Shown here: positions 47,593 through 55,994 of the stretch, piece by piece
Position numbering within the stretch: position 1 is the first letter of the stretch
How the letters are laid out: the number at the start of each line of letters is the position of its first letter
Assembly: GCA_965205015.1 (NCBI GenBank)
Contig: OZ242029.1
Span: 2,752,001 to 2,816,000 of the forward strand
Length of the DNA: 64,000 nt
Reading direction: 5' to 3'
From: Candidatus Poribacteria bacterium
Lineage (GTDB): Bacteria; Poribacteria; WGA-4E; WGA-3G
Position numbers and translations under genes: made by a program
Notes under the pieces: generated by a model
The model's database searches: none
Told to the model about the DNA's origin: nothing
The model's input: the letters and a program-made list of their open reading frames with translations, nothing else

Positions 47593-47652
47593 CAGAATCT
47601 CTCTTTTGGATTACAACTTGGGGTCGTTTCTGCAAAATCTAAGGTTGCTGTT

Positions 47653-47681
47653 AGTATACTGCAAAGGAGCTGGCATGTCAA
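47653..47681 (-). promoter_or_regulatory. Sigma70 promoter for the histidine kinase
   Basis: Minus strand TTGACA-17nt-TATACT. Confidence 0.55.
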
Positions 47682-47816
47682 GGTTTCACCCGCACTCACC
47701 GCACAGACGGGTCTTGTGCCTGCCTACACATGACTCTCAGATTACGAAAAAACGAACAAAAACCTTCTTTAATCTGTCTAAAAATATGGGAAAAGACGAA
47801 CGCATACTAAGAAATT

Positions 47817-47845
47817 GGAACTTTCTGACGCCTACGGTGTGTAAA
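47817..47845 (+). promoter_or_regulatory. Candidate ECF-type autoregulatory promoter
   Basis: GGAACTT-16nt-TGTAAA upstream of the ECF sigma gene. Confidence 0.35.
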
Positions 47846-47921
47846 TTTTAAGCCGGTTTACGTTCACTTGTAGCATTGTGATCCAAATCCCTTAAACTGA
47901 ACTTGATATGGAGAAAAAAAC

Positions 47922-48566
47922 ATGACGAATCCCCAAAAACCGACCCCTGTGTACACAGCGTCGGAGCTTGAACAGATTGACGAGGACGAACTCGTCAAGC
48001 GGTTTCAAAATGGTGACATAGAGGCTTTTAATCCGCTCGTTCTTAAATATCAGAAGAAAATATATAATCTCGTTTATCAGCAAATTCGTGATCGAGAAGT
48101 AGCAAAAGATATTAGCCAAGAGGTCTTTTTAAAAGCGTTTAAAGCGCTGCCTAACTTCAAGGGGGGTTCTGCGTTTTACAGCTGGATTTACCGCATTGCT
48201 ATCAATAGTAGTATCGACTTTCAGCGGCGGTGTAACCGTAATAAAGTACTGACGTTTGAAGAATTACCCCCTGATGCCGACGAAGTCCTGAGGATGTCGG
48301 ATGCTCACCCGTCGCCCGAGAAACTTCTTGAGGAAAAGGAACTGGGTAAGATCATTCGGAAGGCAGTGCGGAAACTCCCACCGGGTCAGCGTCGTGTTTT
48401 TAATCTTCGGCACCGAAGAGAACTGGCAATTAAGGAGATCGCGGTGTTGTTAAACAGATCGGAAGGTACCATTAAGACACACTTACACCACGCGCATCGG
48501 CGTCTCCAAGGCATGCTGCTCCCCTACCTACGCGATGAACCCCTGGAATGGCATTCAGAAACTTAG
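47922..48566 (+). CDS. ECF RNA polymerase sigma factor
   Basis: DISQEVFLKAF, FYSWIYRIAIN, EIA.LL..SEGTIKTHLHHA. Confidence 0.92.
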   Translation: MTNPQKPTPVYTASELEQIDEDELVKRFQNGDIEAFNPLVLKYQKKIYNLVYQQIRDREVAKDISQEVFLKAFKALPNFKGGSAFYSWIYRIAINSSIDFQRRCNRNKVLTFEELPPDADEVLRMSDAHPSPEKLLEEKELGKIIRKAVRKLPPGQRRVFNLRHRRELAIKEIAVLLNRSEGTIKTHLHHAHRRLQGMLLPYLRDEPLEWHSET

Positions 48567-48584
48567 GATGCAGTAACAATTTCC

Positions 48585-48613
48585 TTGACACCATATTTTT
48601 TATGTGGTATAAT
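48585..48613 (+). promoter_or_regulatory. Consensus sigma70 promoter of the tRNA cluster
   Basis: TTGACA-17nt-TATAAT. Confidence 0.75.
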
Positions 48614-48638
48614 TAAGAAATGGAGATTTGTGAAATTA

Positions 48639-48726
48639 GGTGGGATGGCTGAGTGGACGAAAGCGGCGGTCTTGAAAACCGTTATGGCGCAAGCCATCGT
48701 GGGTTCGAATCCTACTCCCACCGCCA
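48639..48726 (+). tRNA. tRNA-Ser(TGA)
   Basis: GGTGGGA/TCCCACC acceptor stem, loop CTTGAAA, long variable arm, GGTTCGAATCC, CCA. Confidence 0.95.
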
Positions 48727-48816
48727 TTATCTAAACTTCCGAGACGAAAACCCAATGCTTTAGTTTTGGGATACAGTCTCGCCCTCTTGGAAAGGACCAA
48801 AGCGTTCATTTTTTGC

Positions 48817-48846
48817 TTGACATTTGGTCCGAAAGTGTGGTATAAT
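48817..48846 (+). promoter_or_regulatory. IS-internal sigma70 promoter
   Basis: TTGACA-18nt-TATAAT upstream of tnpB. Confidence 0.6.
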
Positions 48847-48945
48847 GAGAATATCAAGTTGGACCGACATATACAGCATAACCGCAAGGTTACGTGTCGG
48901 TCCCACCCACTTTGCGGGGGTTAAAGACTTGAGACTTGAAAGTCC

Positions 48946-50157
48946 ATGCGAAACACGACCCATAAACTTTTCAAGGATAAGACGTTGCGTCACTTGCACG
49001 ACGATTGCAATATCTGTGGCGTTGTGAAAAATCATTTTTTGGCACTCTGTATGCGATATTACCGCCGCTATGGGAAAGGACTTTCGTATGCGAAACTGTC
49101 GAAACATTTGACGAAACTGAAGAAACTTGAGAAGTATCAGCATTGGAATATCCCTTACTCTTGGGCGTTGCAAAATGTGCTAAAACGGTTAGCACAAACT
49201 TTTCGTGAAATGAAAACATTGGGCAGAGGTCACCCGAAGTTCAAGTCGTGTAAGAAACACAAAGGGATGACGTTTCGGGGTGAACAGGTCAAACTTGAAA
49301 AAGTGTTGGATAAGCAGAAGAACCAAAGAAATCACCCGACCTATAAAATCCGACTGAATGGACGTTGGTATCGCTTCGCCCTGCATCGTGAAATCGAGGG
49401 ACACATCATCGAAGTTCATGTAACACGAGATGCGCTCGGAGATATGTATATTACGCTGACAGAAGACTATACCGAAATCAAGATCGAACCCAAGACGGGT
49501 AAAGCTGAAGGGTTTGATATGGGTATTACGGACTTTCTGATTGGTAGTGATGGTCATAGATATACGTCTCCGATGTTCTACAAACAGAACGCTGAAAAGT
49601 TAGCGAAAGCACAAAAGGCGTATTCCCGCAAGGTCAAAGGGTCTAACAACCAAGAGAGGGAACGCAAGACCGTTGCGCGTATCCACAAGAAAACGGCGAA
49701 CCAACGGACAGATCACCATTGGAAACTGGCGATAGAACTGTGTCGTAAGTTTGATATACTGTTCTTTGAAGACCTGAACCTTTCGGGTATGAAACGCTTG
49801 TGGGGGAAACAGGTCTCCGATCTTGCGTTTGGTGAGTTCCTGCGGAAACTCAAGCACCAGTCTCATAAGCGTATTCGCTCCGTGCTGAAAATCAATCGGT
49901 GGTCTCCGACGACAAAAGTCTGTTGTGTTTGTGGACATAAAAATCAAAACCTCACGTTAGCAGATCGTTCTTGGAGGTGTCCGAGTTGCGATACGCACCT
50001 TGACCGAGACGAGAACGCTGCGATGAATATTCTTAAGGAAGGGATAGCTTCCTTTGGCTTAGGGGTTGTAAGTCCTATTGTTTTGTTTGACAAGATCGTA
50101 GGCTGCTCCGTTGAATCCAACCATCCGATTCTGAAATCCACAAATGCTTCTGCATAA
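48946..50157 (+). CDS. tnpB: RNA-guided endonuclease TnpB
   Basis: RuvC GFDMG, FFEDL, DRDENAA; zinc ribbon C..CG...W.CP.C. Confidence 0.92.
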   Translation: MRNTTHKLFKDKTLRHLHDDCNICGVVKNHFLALCMRYYRRYGKGLSYAKLSKHLTKLKKLEKYQHWNIPYSWALQNVLKRLAQTFREMKTLGRGHPKFKSCKKHKGMTFRGEQVKLEKVLDKQKNQRNHPTYKIRLNGRWYRFALHREIEGHIIEVHVTRDALGDMYITLTEDYTEIKIEPKTGKAEGFDMGITDFLIGSDGHRYTSPMFYKQNAEKLAKAQKAYSRKVKGSNNQERERKTVARIHKKTANQRTDHHWKLAIELCRKFDILFFEDLNLSGMKRLWGKQVSDLAFGEFLRKLKHQSHKRIRSVLKINRWSPTTKVCCVCGHKNQNLTLADRSWRCPSCDTHLDRDENAAMNILKEGIASFGLGVVSPIVLFDKIVGCSVESNHPILKSTNASA

Positions 50158-50214
50158 CGATTGCAGAAGCCCAAGTCTTTAGACTTGGGTCTATCACAGT
50201 ATAGGGATAAAAAG

Positions 50215-50305
50215 GGTTGGAATGGGCGAACTCGGCGGTCTTGTCATTTGATAAAGGGCGTTATGGCGTAAGCCATCGTGGGTTTGAATCCTACTTCCAC
50301 CGCCA
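50215..50305 (+). pseudogene. Degenerate tRNA-Ser-like copy
   Basis: 3' 47 nt differ from tRNA-Ser(TGA) at 3 positions and end in CCA; D arm shortened, anticodon arm disrupted. Confidence 0.7.
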
Positions 50306-50308
50306 TAG

Positions 50309-50393
50309 GGAGAGGTGCAGGAGTGGTTGAACTGGACTGCCTGCTAAGCAGTTATGGCGTAAGCCATCGTGGGTTCGAATCCCACCCTCTCCG
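50309..50393 (+). tRNA. tRNA-Ser(GCT)
   Basis: ACTGC-CTGCTAA-GCAGT anticodon arm, long variable arm. Confidence 0.95.
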
Positions 50394-50401
50394 TTCACTA
50401 C

Positions 50402-50475
50402 GCGCCTGTAGCTCAGTGGATTAGAGCATCTGACTACGGATCAGAAGGCCAGGGGTTCGAATCCTCTCAGGCGCT
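50402..50475 (+). tRNA. tRNA-Arg(ACG)
   Basis: TCTGA-CTACGGA-TCAGA anticodon arm; GCGCCTG/CAGGCGC acceptor stem. Confidence 0.95.
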
Positions 50476-50497
50476 TCAAGGGACCTTCGCTGAAAAT

Positions 50498-50953
50498 TTG
50501 GATACCGATTTATTCTGGATGGAACACGCTCTCAAATTAGCGCAACAGGCAGGCGAAAAGGGAGAAGTACCTGTTGGGGCGCTGCTTGTTAAGAGCGGTG
50601 TTCTGATCGCTGAGGCATTTAACTTACGCGAGACACGCGGCAGTCCTATTGCCCACGCGGAAATGCTTGTCCTACAAGCCGCATCTGAAAAAATTGGTAA
50701 CTGGCGATTTGTTGATACGACGCTCTATGTGACATTGGAACCTTGTCCGATGTGTGCTGGCGCGATTGTTTTGGCGCGCGTTCCAAGAGTTGTTTACGCA
50801 ACAACAGACCCGAAATCAGGGGCAGCCGGAACGCTTTATAATATCCTTCAAGATGCGCGACTGAATCATCGGGTTGAATTGGTAAGCGGGGTATTAGCGG
50901 AAGAAAGCAGTGCCTTGCTGAAGTCCTTTTTTCAGCAGCGCCGCCAGAAATAG
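50498..50953 (+). CDS. tadA: tRNA adenosine(34) deaminase
   Basis: GEVPVGA, AHAE, TLEPCPMC, RLNH; start TTG 50498 or ATG 50519. Confidence 0.95.
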   Translation: MDTDLFWMEHALKLAQQAGEKGEVPVGALLVKSGVLIAEAFNLRETRGSPIAHAEMLVLQAASEKIGNWRFVDTTLYVTLEPCPMCAGAIVLARVPRVVYATTDPKSGAAGTLYNILQDARLNHRVELVSGVLAEESSALLKSFFQQRRQK

Positions 50954-50979
50954 CAATTATAGAAATAAGTGGGCATCTT

Positions 50980-51006
50980 GTAGGGGCGGGTCTCGTGCCT
51001 GCTTAC
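50980..51006 (+). repeat. GTAG-type REP-like palindrome
   Basis: GTAGGGGCGGGTCTCGTGCCTGC; relatives at 57889-57914 and 47708-47727. Confidence 0.6.
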
Positions 51007-51022
51007 TACTGATACCCAATAA

Positions 51023-51107
51023 GGAGAGATGCAGGAGTGGTTGAACTGGACAGTCTCGAAAACTGTTGTGGCGCAAGTCACCGTGGGTTCGAATCCCACT
51101 CTCTCCG
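51023..51107 (+). tRNA. tRNA-Ser(CGA)
   Basis: ACAGT-CTCGAAA-ACTGT anticodon arm, long variable arm. Confidence 0.95.
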
Positions 51108-51215
51108 TTTTTCATCTTTTTCGGCGTCGAGTTGTAAAGCGTAAGCGGCTCAAGCATCGTAGCGGTTGCGTGTTGTGTGAATTCCGCAAGTTGCTCTTTA
51201 ACTAACAACCATTAC

Positions 51216-51288
51216 GGGGCAGTAGCTCAGTTGGGAGAGTGCATCCCTCGCACGGATGAGGTCACGGGTTCAAATCCCGTCTGCTCCA
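51216..51288 (+). tRNA. tRNA-Ala(CGC)
   Basis: CATCC-CTCGCAC-GGATG anticodon arm; G3:U70 pair. Confidence 0.93.
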
Positions 51289-51296
51289 TATGAAAC

Positions 51297-51329
51297 TTCG
51301 ACCTGAGAATTAGGTCGAAATTTATTTTT
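51297..51329 (+). terminator. Possible intrinsic terminator
   Basis: TTCGACCT-GAGAATT-AGGTCGAA followed by ATTTATTTT. Confidence 0.4.
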
Positions 51330-51387
51330 AAACCAGATTGCCCATCTCAGACGCGCGCGGCGTCATGAGATGTCCTAAAAATTTTAC

Positions 51388-51479
51388 GGAGAGATGCAGG
51401 AGTTGGTTGAACTGGCATGACTGGAAATCATGTGTGCTGTTTTGCAGTACCGTGGGTTCGAATCCCACTCTCTCCGCCA
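51388..51479 (+). tRNA. tRNA-Ser(GGA)
   Basis: CATGA-CTGGAAA-TCATG anticodon arm, long variable arm, CCA. Confidence 0.95.
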
Positions 51480-51497
51480 CTTTTGACGCAATTTGCT

Positions 51498-51524
51498 GTA
51501 GAGGCGAGGTCACCTCGCCCCTAC
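51498..51524 (+). repeat. GTAG-type REP-like palindrome
   Basis: GTAGAGGCGAGGTCACCTCGCCCCTAC; near-identical copy at 63112-63138. Confidence 0.7.
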
Positions 51525-51544
51525 TGTTGAAATAATTAACGCCT

Positions 51545-51815
51545 TGGCTATGCTAGGTGGGGAGGTAGCGGTGCCCTGTATCTGCAATCCGCTAAAGCAG
51601 AACTGAATCCCCGGTATGCGGCCTGTTTTTGTGGGGACTGTCCCACGCACGTGGTGTTGAGGGTTGGGTCTTGAGCAACGGGCGCTTATTGAACCCCGTC
51701 AGGTCCGGAAGGAAGCAGCGGTAGATGAGTTGCTCGTGTGACGCAAGGGTGCCTGACCTGAGCTAACGACGCGGGCAACGCTTGGAGAAGCTTGTCAACC
51801 CTGGGTGCATAGTCA
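51545..51815 (+). ncRNA. ffs: Signal recognition particle RNA, large (Alu-containing) type
   Basis: S-domain TCAGGTCCGGAAGGAAGCAGC; Alu-like GGGGAGGTAGCGGTGCCCTGTA...AATCCGCT; paired ends TGGCTATGC/GCATAGTCA; tadA-ffs-dnaX synteny. Confidence 0.92.
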
Positions 51816-51824
51816 TCTTTCTGA

Positions 51825-51963
51825 ATGGCAGTCGGTTATCGGTTTTCAGTGAAAGAGGTCTTGATGTAACAATTCCGCATTTCCTGCGTGTAGGCTAAAT
51901 TTGGGTAGATTGTTACAAAGGTGGCTCTTAACCGACTGCCGATGCCTGACAACTGAAAACTAT
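51825..51963. repeat. Heptamer inverted-array element
   Basis: GCAGTCGGTTATCGGTTTTCAGT...CTCTTAACCGACTGCCGATGCCTGACAACTGAAAACTAT; interior shared with 63086-63224. Confidence 0.7.
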
Positions 51964-51978
51964 GGAAAGGATTGCCTG

Positions 51979-53754
51979 ATGTCTTACGAGGTTCTCACTC
52001 AAAAATGGCGTCCCCAAAACTTCAGCGACGTTGTTGGACAGGAGCACATTACCACGACGCTGAAAAATCAGATCCTCTCCGAACGTATCGGGCATGCTTA
52101 CCTTTTTTGGGGACCGCGCGGCACCGGTAAGACCACAGTCGCGCGTATCTTTGCCAAAGCCGTCAATTGTCCCAACCGCATTCAAGAAACCCAATTTGAC
52201 TCTATTGAAACAGCAGAACCTTGCAATCAATGCGAATTTTGCAACGAAATTTCGCAAGATAGATCCTTCGATGTCATTGAGATGGATGCCGCCTCCAATC
52301 GCGGTATTGATACCATCCGAGACCTCCGTGAAAACGTCAAACTCTCGCCAGCGACCTGTCCTTACAAAATTTACATCATAGATGAAGCACACATGCTCTC
52401 AACCGAGGCATTCAACGCCCTACTCAAAACCCTTGAAGAGCCGCCGCCTCATGTCATATTTATCATGGCAACCACTGAGCATGCCAAGATCCCGAAGACA
52501 ATCAGTTCTCGCTGTCAAGATTTCGATTTTCGATACCTCGAAGATGAAAAGATAATCGAACGCTTGCAGTTAATTGCCCAAGAGGAAGGTATTTCAGCAG
52601 ATCTGGACGTATTTACGTTGATCACCCGTCAATCCGAGGGATGTCTACGCGATGCCGAAAACCTCTTGGAACTCGTTTCTGCTGCTGGGAAAAATTTAAC
52701 AGTCGAAGGTGTTGAACAGACCATCGGACTCGGTTCCAGTTCCCTTCTCCAAGAACTTAGGGGAGCAATTACGGAAAGAGATCTCGCCAAGGGACTGAAA
52801 ACGCTAAATAACTTGACGAAGCAAGGTACAGACTTGTCGCAATGCTTGGATCAACTGATCGGTTATTTCCGGGACTTACGGCTTTTAGCAATCGACGACA
52901 GCCTCAGTGAACAGGTTCAGAGTCCCACGTCAGATCTCCCAAGACTCAAGCAGACGGCAGAGCAGATGTCGGTAGGCAGGTTATCCCGGATTATCAAAAT
53001 TTTGATGCATACCAATCGAGACATCAAACAGTATGGTTATCCACAACTTCAATTAGAGACGGCACTCATCCAGCTCAACTCGCTTGAAGAAGGCATACCG
53101 CTTGAGGAAGTCATCGGCAAATTATCGGCATTAGAGCAAAAATTCGATTCAGCGAAGCAGGGAAGAACGGAAGAAGGGATGGAAGAAGGGAAGAAGGGAA
53201 GGATGGAGGACCCACTCTTCCAACCTTCCAACCTTCCAACCAAGAACCTTCCAACCTCCCAACCAAATGCTGAAGGTTTCCGACCGGTTCCGACCGCTGA
53301 TAGCCATTCCTCCGACAGTGAGCGAAGCGAACGCCCTGACGGTTTCCCTCCTAATGTTTCACACGGGCTTAGAGATCTTACCGACCTCCCTTCATTTTGG
53401 GATGAGATCAGATCAAAACTCCCTATGAGATTCAGTCACGCATTACCAGAGGGATCTGTCCCCATTGTGAACGGCACAAACACGGTCGAGATTCCGTGTT
53501 TACCTTCGTTCCGTCTCTTAATAACGGATGAAGACCAAAGACTTGTAGCCGATATCCTAAAACAGGAAGTCGGCAAACCCGTAAAAATTGAATTGGTTGC
53601 TTCAGATATAGTGTCAGAATCGGTGGTGTCCGAGGACGAACCTGAACAAACAGAGCGAAAAACACCGAATATGCGTAAGATTGAAGCCCGAGATGATCCA
53701 CAACTTAAAACTGTTCTTGACCTTTTTGAGGCAACAGTTGTGGAGACCCAATAA
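51979..53754 (+). CDS. dnaX: DNA polymerase III subunit gamma/tau
   Basis: KWRPQNF.DVVGQ, GPRGTGKTT, EMDAASNRG, DEAHML, SRC. Confidence 0.95.
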   Translation: MSYEVLTQKWRPQNFSDVVGQEHITTTLKNQILSERIGHAYLFWGPRGTGKTTVARIFAKAVNCPNRIQETQFDSIETAEPCNQCEFCNEISQDRSFDVIEMDAASNRGIDTIRDLRENVKLSPATCPYKIYIIDEAHMLSTEAFNALLKTLEEPPPHVIFIMATTEHAKIPKTISSRCQDFDFRYLEDEKIIERLQLIAQEEGISADLDVFTLITRQSEGCLRDAENLLELVSAAGKNLTVEGVEQTIGLGSSSLLQELRGAITERDLAKGLKTLNNLTKQGTDLSQCLDQLIGYFRDLRLLAIDDSLSEQVQSPTSDLPRLKQTAEQMSVGRLSRIIKILMHTNRDIKQYGYPQLQLETALIQLNSLEEGIPLEEVIGKLSALEQKFDSAKQGRTEEGMEEGKKGRMEDPLFQPSNLPTKNLPTSQPNAEGFRPVPTADSHSSDSERSERPDGFPPNVSHGLRDLTDLPSFWDEIRSKLPMRFSHALPEGSVPIVNGTNTVEIPCLPSFRLLITDEDQRLVADILKQEVGKPVKIELVASDIVSESVVSEDEPEQTERKTPNMRKIEARDDPQLKTVLDLFEATVVETQ

Positions 53755-53938
53755 TCGCACTTCTCCAGAAGTCGGTAAAGAGATGTTAGGAGTATCAAAA
53801 ACCTCTTTTCTTTTCTCACACCAAAGTGTGTAGTCCGTAATGGAATGGAGGGGTTTTTGCTTGGGTGTTTCTTCAGATTTGAGGAAGGAACGTTAAAGTC
53901 CATATCCACGCCATTTAACCGCAAGGAAAATTAAAAGT

Positions 53939-54247
53939 ATGAAAATGAACGACTTGATGAAACAAGCGCAGCAAATGCAAAAGCGAATGCTTGAAATTCG
54001 AGAGGAGCTCGCGAACCGCACCGTTGAAGCAACCGTCGGGGGTGGCATGGTAACCGCTGTTGTCAATGGACAGCAGGAAATCGTATCCCTCCGAATCACA
54101 CCCGAGGTTGTTGACCCGGAAGATACAGAAATGCTTGAGGACCTGATTGTCGCGGCAGTCAATGAAGCGTTGCAACAATCGCAAGAAATGATGTCGGCAG
54201 AAATGAGCAAATTGACTGGTGGCATTAAAATCCCGGGGCTCCCGTAG
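53939..54247 (+). CDS. ybaB: YbaB/EbfC nucleoid-associated protein
   Basis: MKQAQQMQ, GGGMV, EMLEDLIVAAVNEA. Confidence 0.95.
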   Translation: MKMNDLMKQAQQMQKRMLEIREELANRTVEATVGGGMVTAVVNGQQEIVSLRITPEVVDPEDTEMLEDLIVAAVNEALQQSQEMMSAEMSKLTGGIKIPGLP

Positions 54248-54260
54248 TTTTTTAAGAGAA

Positions 54261-54875
54261 ATGCAAGAATACCCGAAACCGCTGGCGAAGCTCATTACGG
54301 AGCTCCAAAAGTTACCAACGATCGGTCAGAAGACAGCGCAACGCTTGGCATTTTTTATGCTAAAGTTACCTGACCCTGAGACTGCCCAAATTGCTGAAGC
54401 CATCGCGCAGGTAAAACAACACCTGTCTTACTGCGATATATGTGGCACGATTACAGACACAAATCCGTGCTATATCTGTACAAATCCGCGCCGCGATCGG
54501 CAGATAATTTGCGTCGTTGAAGAATCTGATGATCTTTGGGCAATTGAAAGAACCAACGGTTATAAAGGGCTCTACCACGTACTCGGTGGCGTTCTTTCAC
54601 CACTGGACGGGACGGGTCCCGACGAACTCGGAATCAATACCCTCTTTCAACGAATACGGGATGCCGCTATAAACGGCGAACCCGTGTGCGAGGTAATTCT
54701 TGCTACAAACTTGACAACGGAAGGACAAGCGACTGCACTCTACCTTACACAACACTTAGAAACCTTTGACATCGCTGTCACTCGAATTGCTTACGGTATT
54801 CCCATCGGGGGCGATTTGCAGTACATCGATGAGGTAACACTCGCGAAAGCACTTGAAGGCAGGCGAAAAGCTTAA
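54261..54875 (+). CDS. recR: Recombination mediator RecR
   Basis: LPTIGQKTAQRLAF, C4 zinc finger, YHVLGGVLSPLDG. Confidence 0.96.
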   Translation: MQEYPKPLAKLITELQKLPTIGQKTAQRLAFFMLKLPDPETAQIAEAIAQVKQHLSYCDICGTITDTNPCYICTNPRRDRQIICVVEESDDLWAIERTNGYKGLYHVLGGVLSPLDGTGPDELGINTLFQRIRDAAINGEPVCEVILATNLTTEGQATALYLTQHLETFDIAVTRIAYGIPIGGDLQYIDEVTLAKALEGRRKA

Positions 54876-54876
54876 G

Positions 54877-55857
54877 ATGAATAAAATGGAAAAGCGATGG
54901 CGCATCGCGCTTTTAATCAGTTTGTATTGCGGTGTATTGCGTATTGCGTGTGCGGCGCCGGATTCAGATAGGCAGGCTATAGGATTAGCAAACTCGACTC
55001 GCGATAGCGTCAGTACCGCGCGCGAAGCGAACGCTGCTTTTAACGCACGGCGCGCCTTTGACATGTTAGAGAAGCAGTGTGCTTTCGGACCGCGTCCCCC
55101 CGGTTCGGTTGCACATCGTGAAACGCAGAATTTTCTATTCACAGAACTTCAGAAATATGCAAATAGCGTAGCCCTTCAACCCCATCAGCATAAAACAAAA
55201 ACGGAGACCACGCTGCATCTAAACAATATCTTGGCGGAATTTGGACCGCCAACGGGTGGCGAGACACTTTTACTCGCAGCACATTGGGATACCCGTCCTT
55301 TCGCTGACCACGACCCGAAGATAGAAAATCGGGATACACCGATTCTGGGTGCTAACGATGGTGCCTCCGGTGTTGCCGTGCTCCTTGAAATTGCGAGGGT
55401 TCTAAAGGAACATCCACCGCCACGCAGAGTTGTTATCGTTCTTTTCGATGGCGAGGATTACGGCAGGTCGGTCGAGGATATGTTTATCGGCTCTCGGTTT
55501 TTCGCTCGAAATTTGGGGAAATGGAGACCGGACTATGGAATTCTGTTGGACATGATCGGGGACAAAGATTTGGCACTCCCGATTGAACGCTACTCTTGGA
55601 ATGCAAATCGGGGTTTCGCGCAGGCAGTCTGGCAGCGCGCAGCAACGCTCGGTTTAGCGCCGTTTCAATCCCGTTTAGGGTCCGCGATCTTGGACGATCA
55701 CGTCCCCCTCATCGAGGTAGGGATTCCAATGGTAAATATTATCGACTTTACTTATCCCTATTGGCATACAGTGGAAGATACGGTCGATAAATGTAGTCCC
55801 AAAAGTCTTGAAATCGTCGCGACGCTTGTTATCAGCATCATTTACGATGGACTCTAA
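54877..55857 (+). CDS. M28 family peptidase / glutaminyl cyclase-like (start approximate)
   Basis: AHWDTRP, GANDGASG, FDGED, LDMIG, DDH, WHT. Confidence 0.88.
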   Translation: MNKMEKRWRIALLISLYCGVLRIACAAPDSDRQAIGLANSTRDSVSTAREANAAFNARRAFDMLEKQCAFGPRPPGSVAHRETQNFLFTELQKYANSVALQPHQHKTKTETTLHLNNILAEFGPPTGGETLLLAAHWDTRPFADHDPKIENRDTPILGANDGASGVAVLLEIARVLKEHPPPRRVVIVLFDGEDYGRSVEDMFIGSRFFARNLGKWRPDYGILLDMIGDKDLALPIERYSWNANRGFAQAVWQRAATLGLAPFQSRLGSAILDDHVPLIEVGIPMVNIIDFTYPYWHTVEDTVDKCSPKSLEIVATLVISIIYDGL

Positions 55858-55990
55858 TGAGTTATCAGGTGTCAGTTGTCGGTTGTCAGTAAAAGAGGGG
55901 TTTGTGAAATTCACGGAACGCGCAACTCCCACAAGTCTTAACCGAAAACTGGTAACTGAAAGCCTGCGCAGCAGGCGACTGACAACTATT
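55858..55990. repeat. Heptamer inverted-array element
   Basis: GTTATCAGGTGTCAGTTGTCGGTTGTCAGT...TTAACCGAAAACTGGTAACTGAAAGC...CTGACAACTATT. Confidence 0.7.
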
Positions 55991-55994
55991 AAAA

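Larger units (their letters stand above)
48731..50197 (+). mobile_element. IS200/IS605-family element, TnpB only (IS1341-like)
   Basis: Preceded by TTAT; left hairpin CCCAATGCTTTAGTTTTGGG; right GAAG-CCCAAGTCTTTAGACTTGGG...TCAC; no tnpA. Confidence 0.8.

Noticed and set aside
50215-50305. Functional intron-containing or suppressor tRNA
   Set aside because: D arm is shortened, T loop reads TTTGA, anticodon stem cannot re-form, and the insert is too short for a self-splicing intron
48727-50305. Integrase-type island bounded by tRNA att repeats
   Set aside because: No integrase; the interval is explained by the IS605-type element plus 17 nt
50369-50497. N-terminal extension of TadA in the ORF track
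   Set aside because: It overlaps two tRNA genes; the real start is downstream
51901-51978. DnaX N-terminal extension
   Set aside because: Translated intergenic repeat; the conserved start MSYEVL has its own RBS
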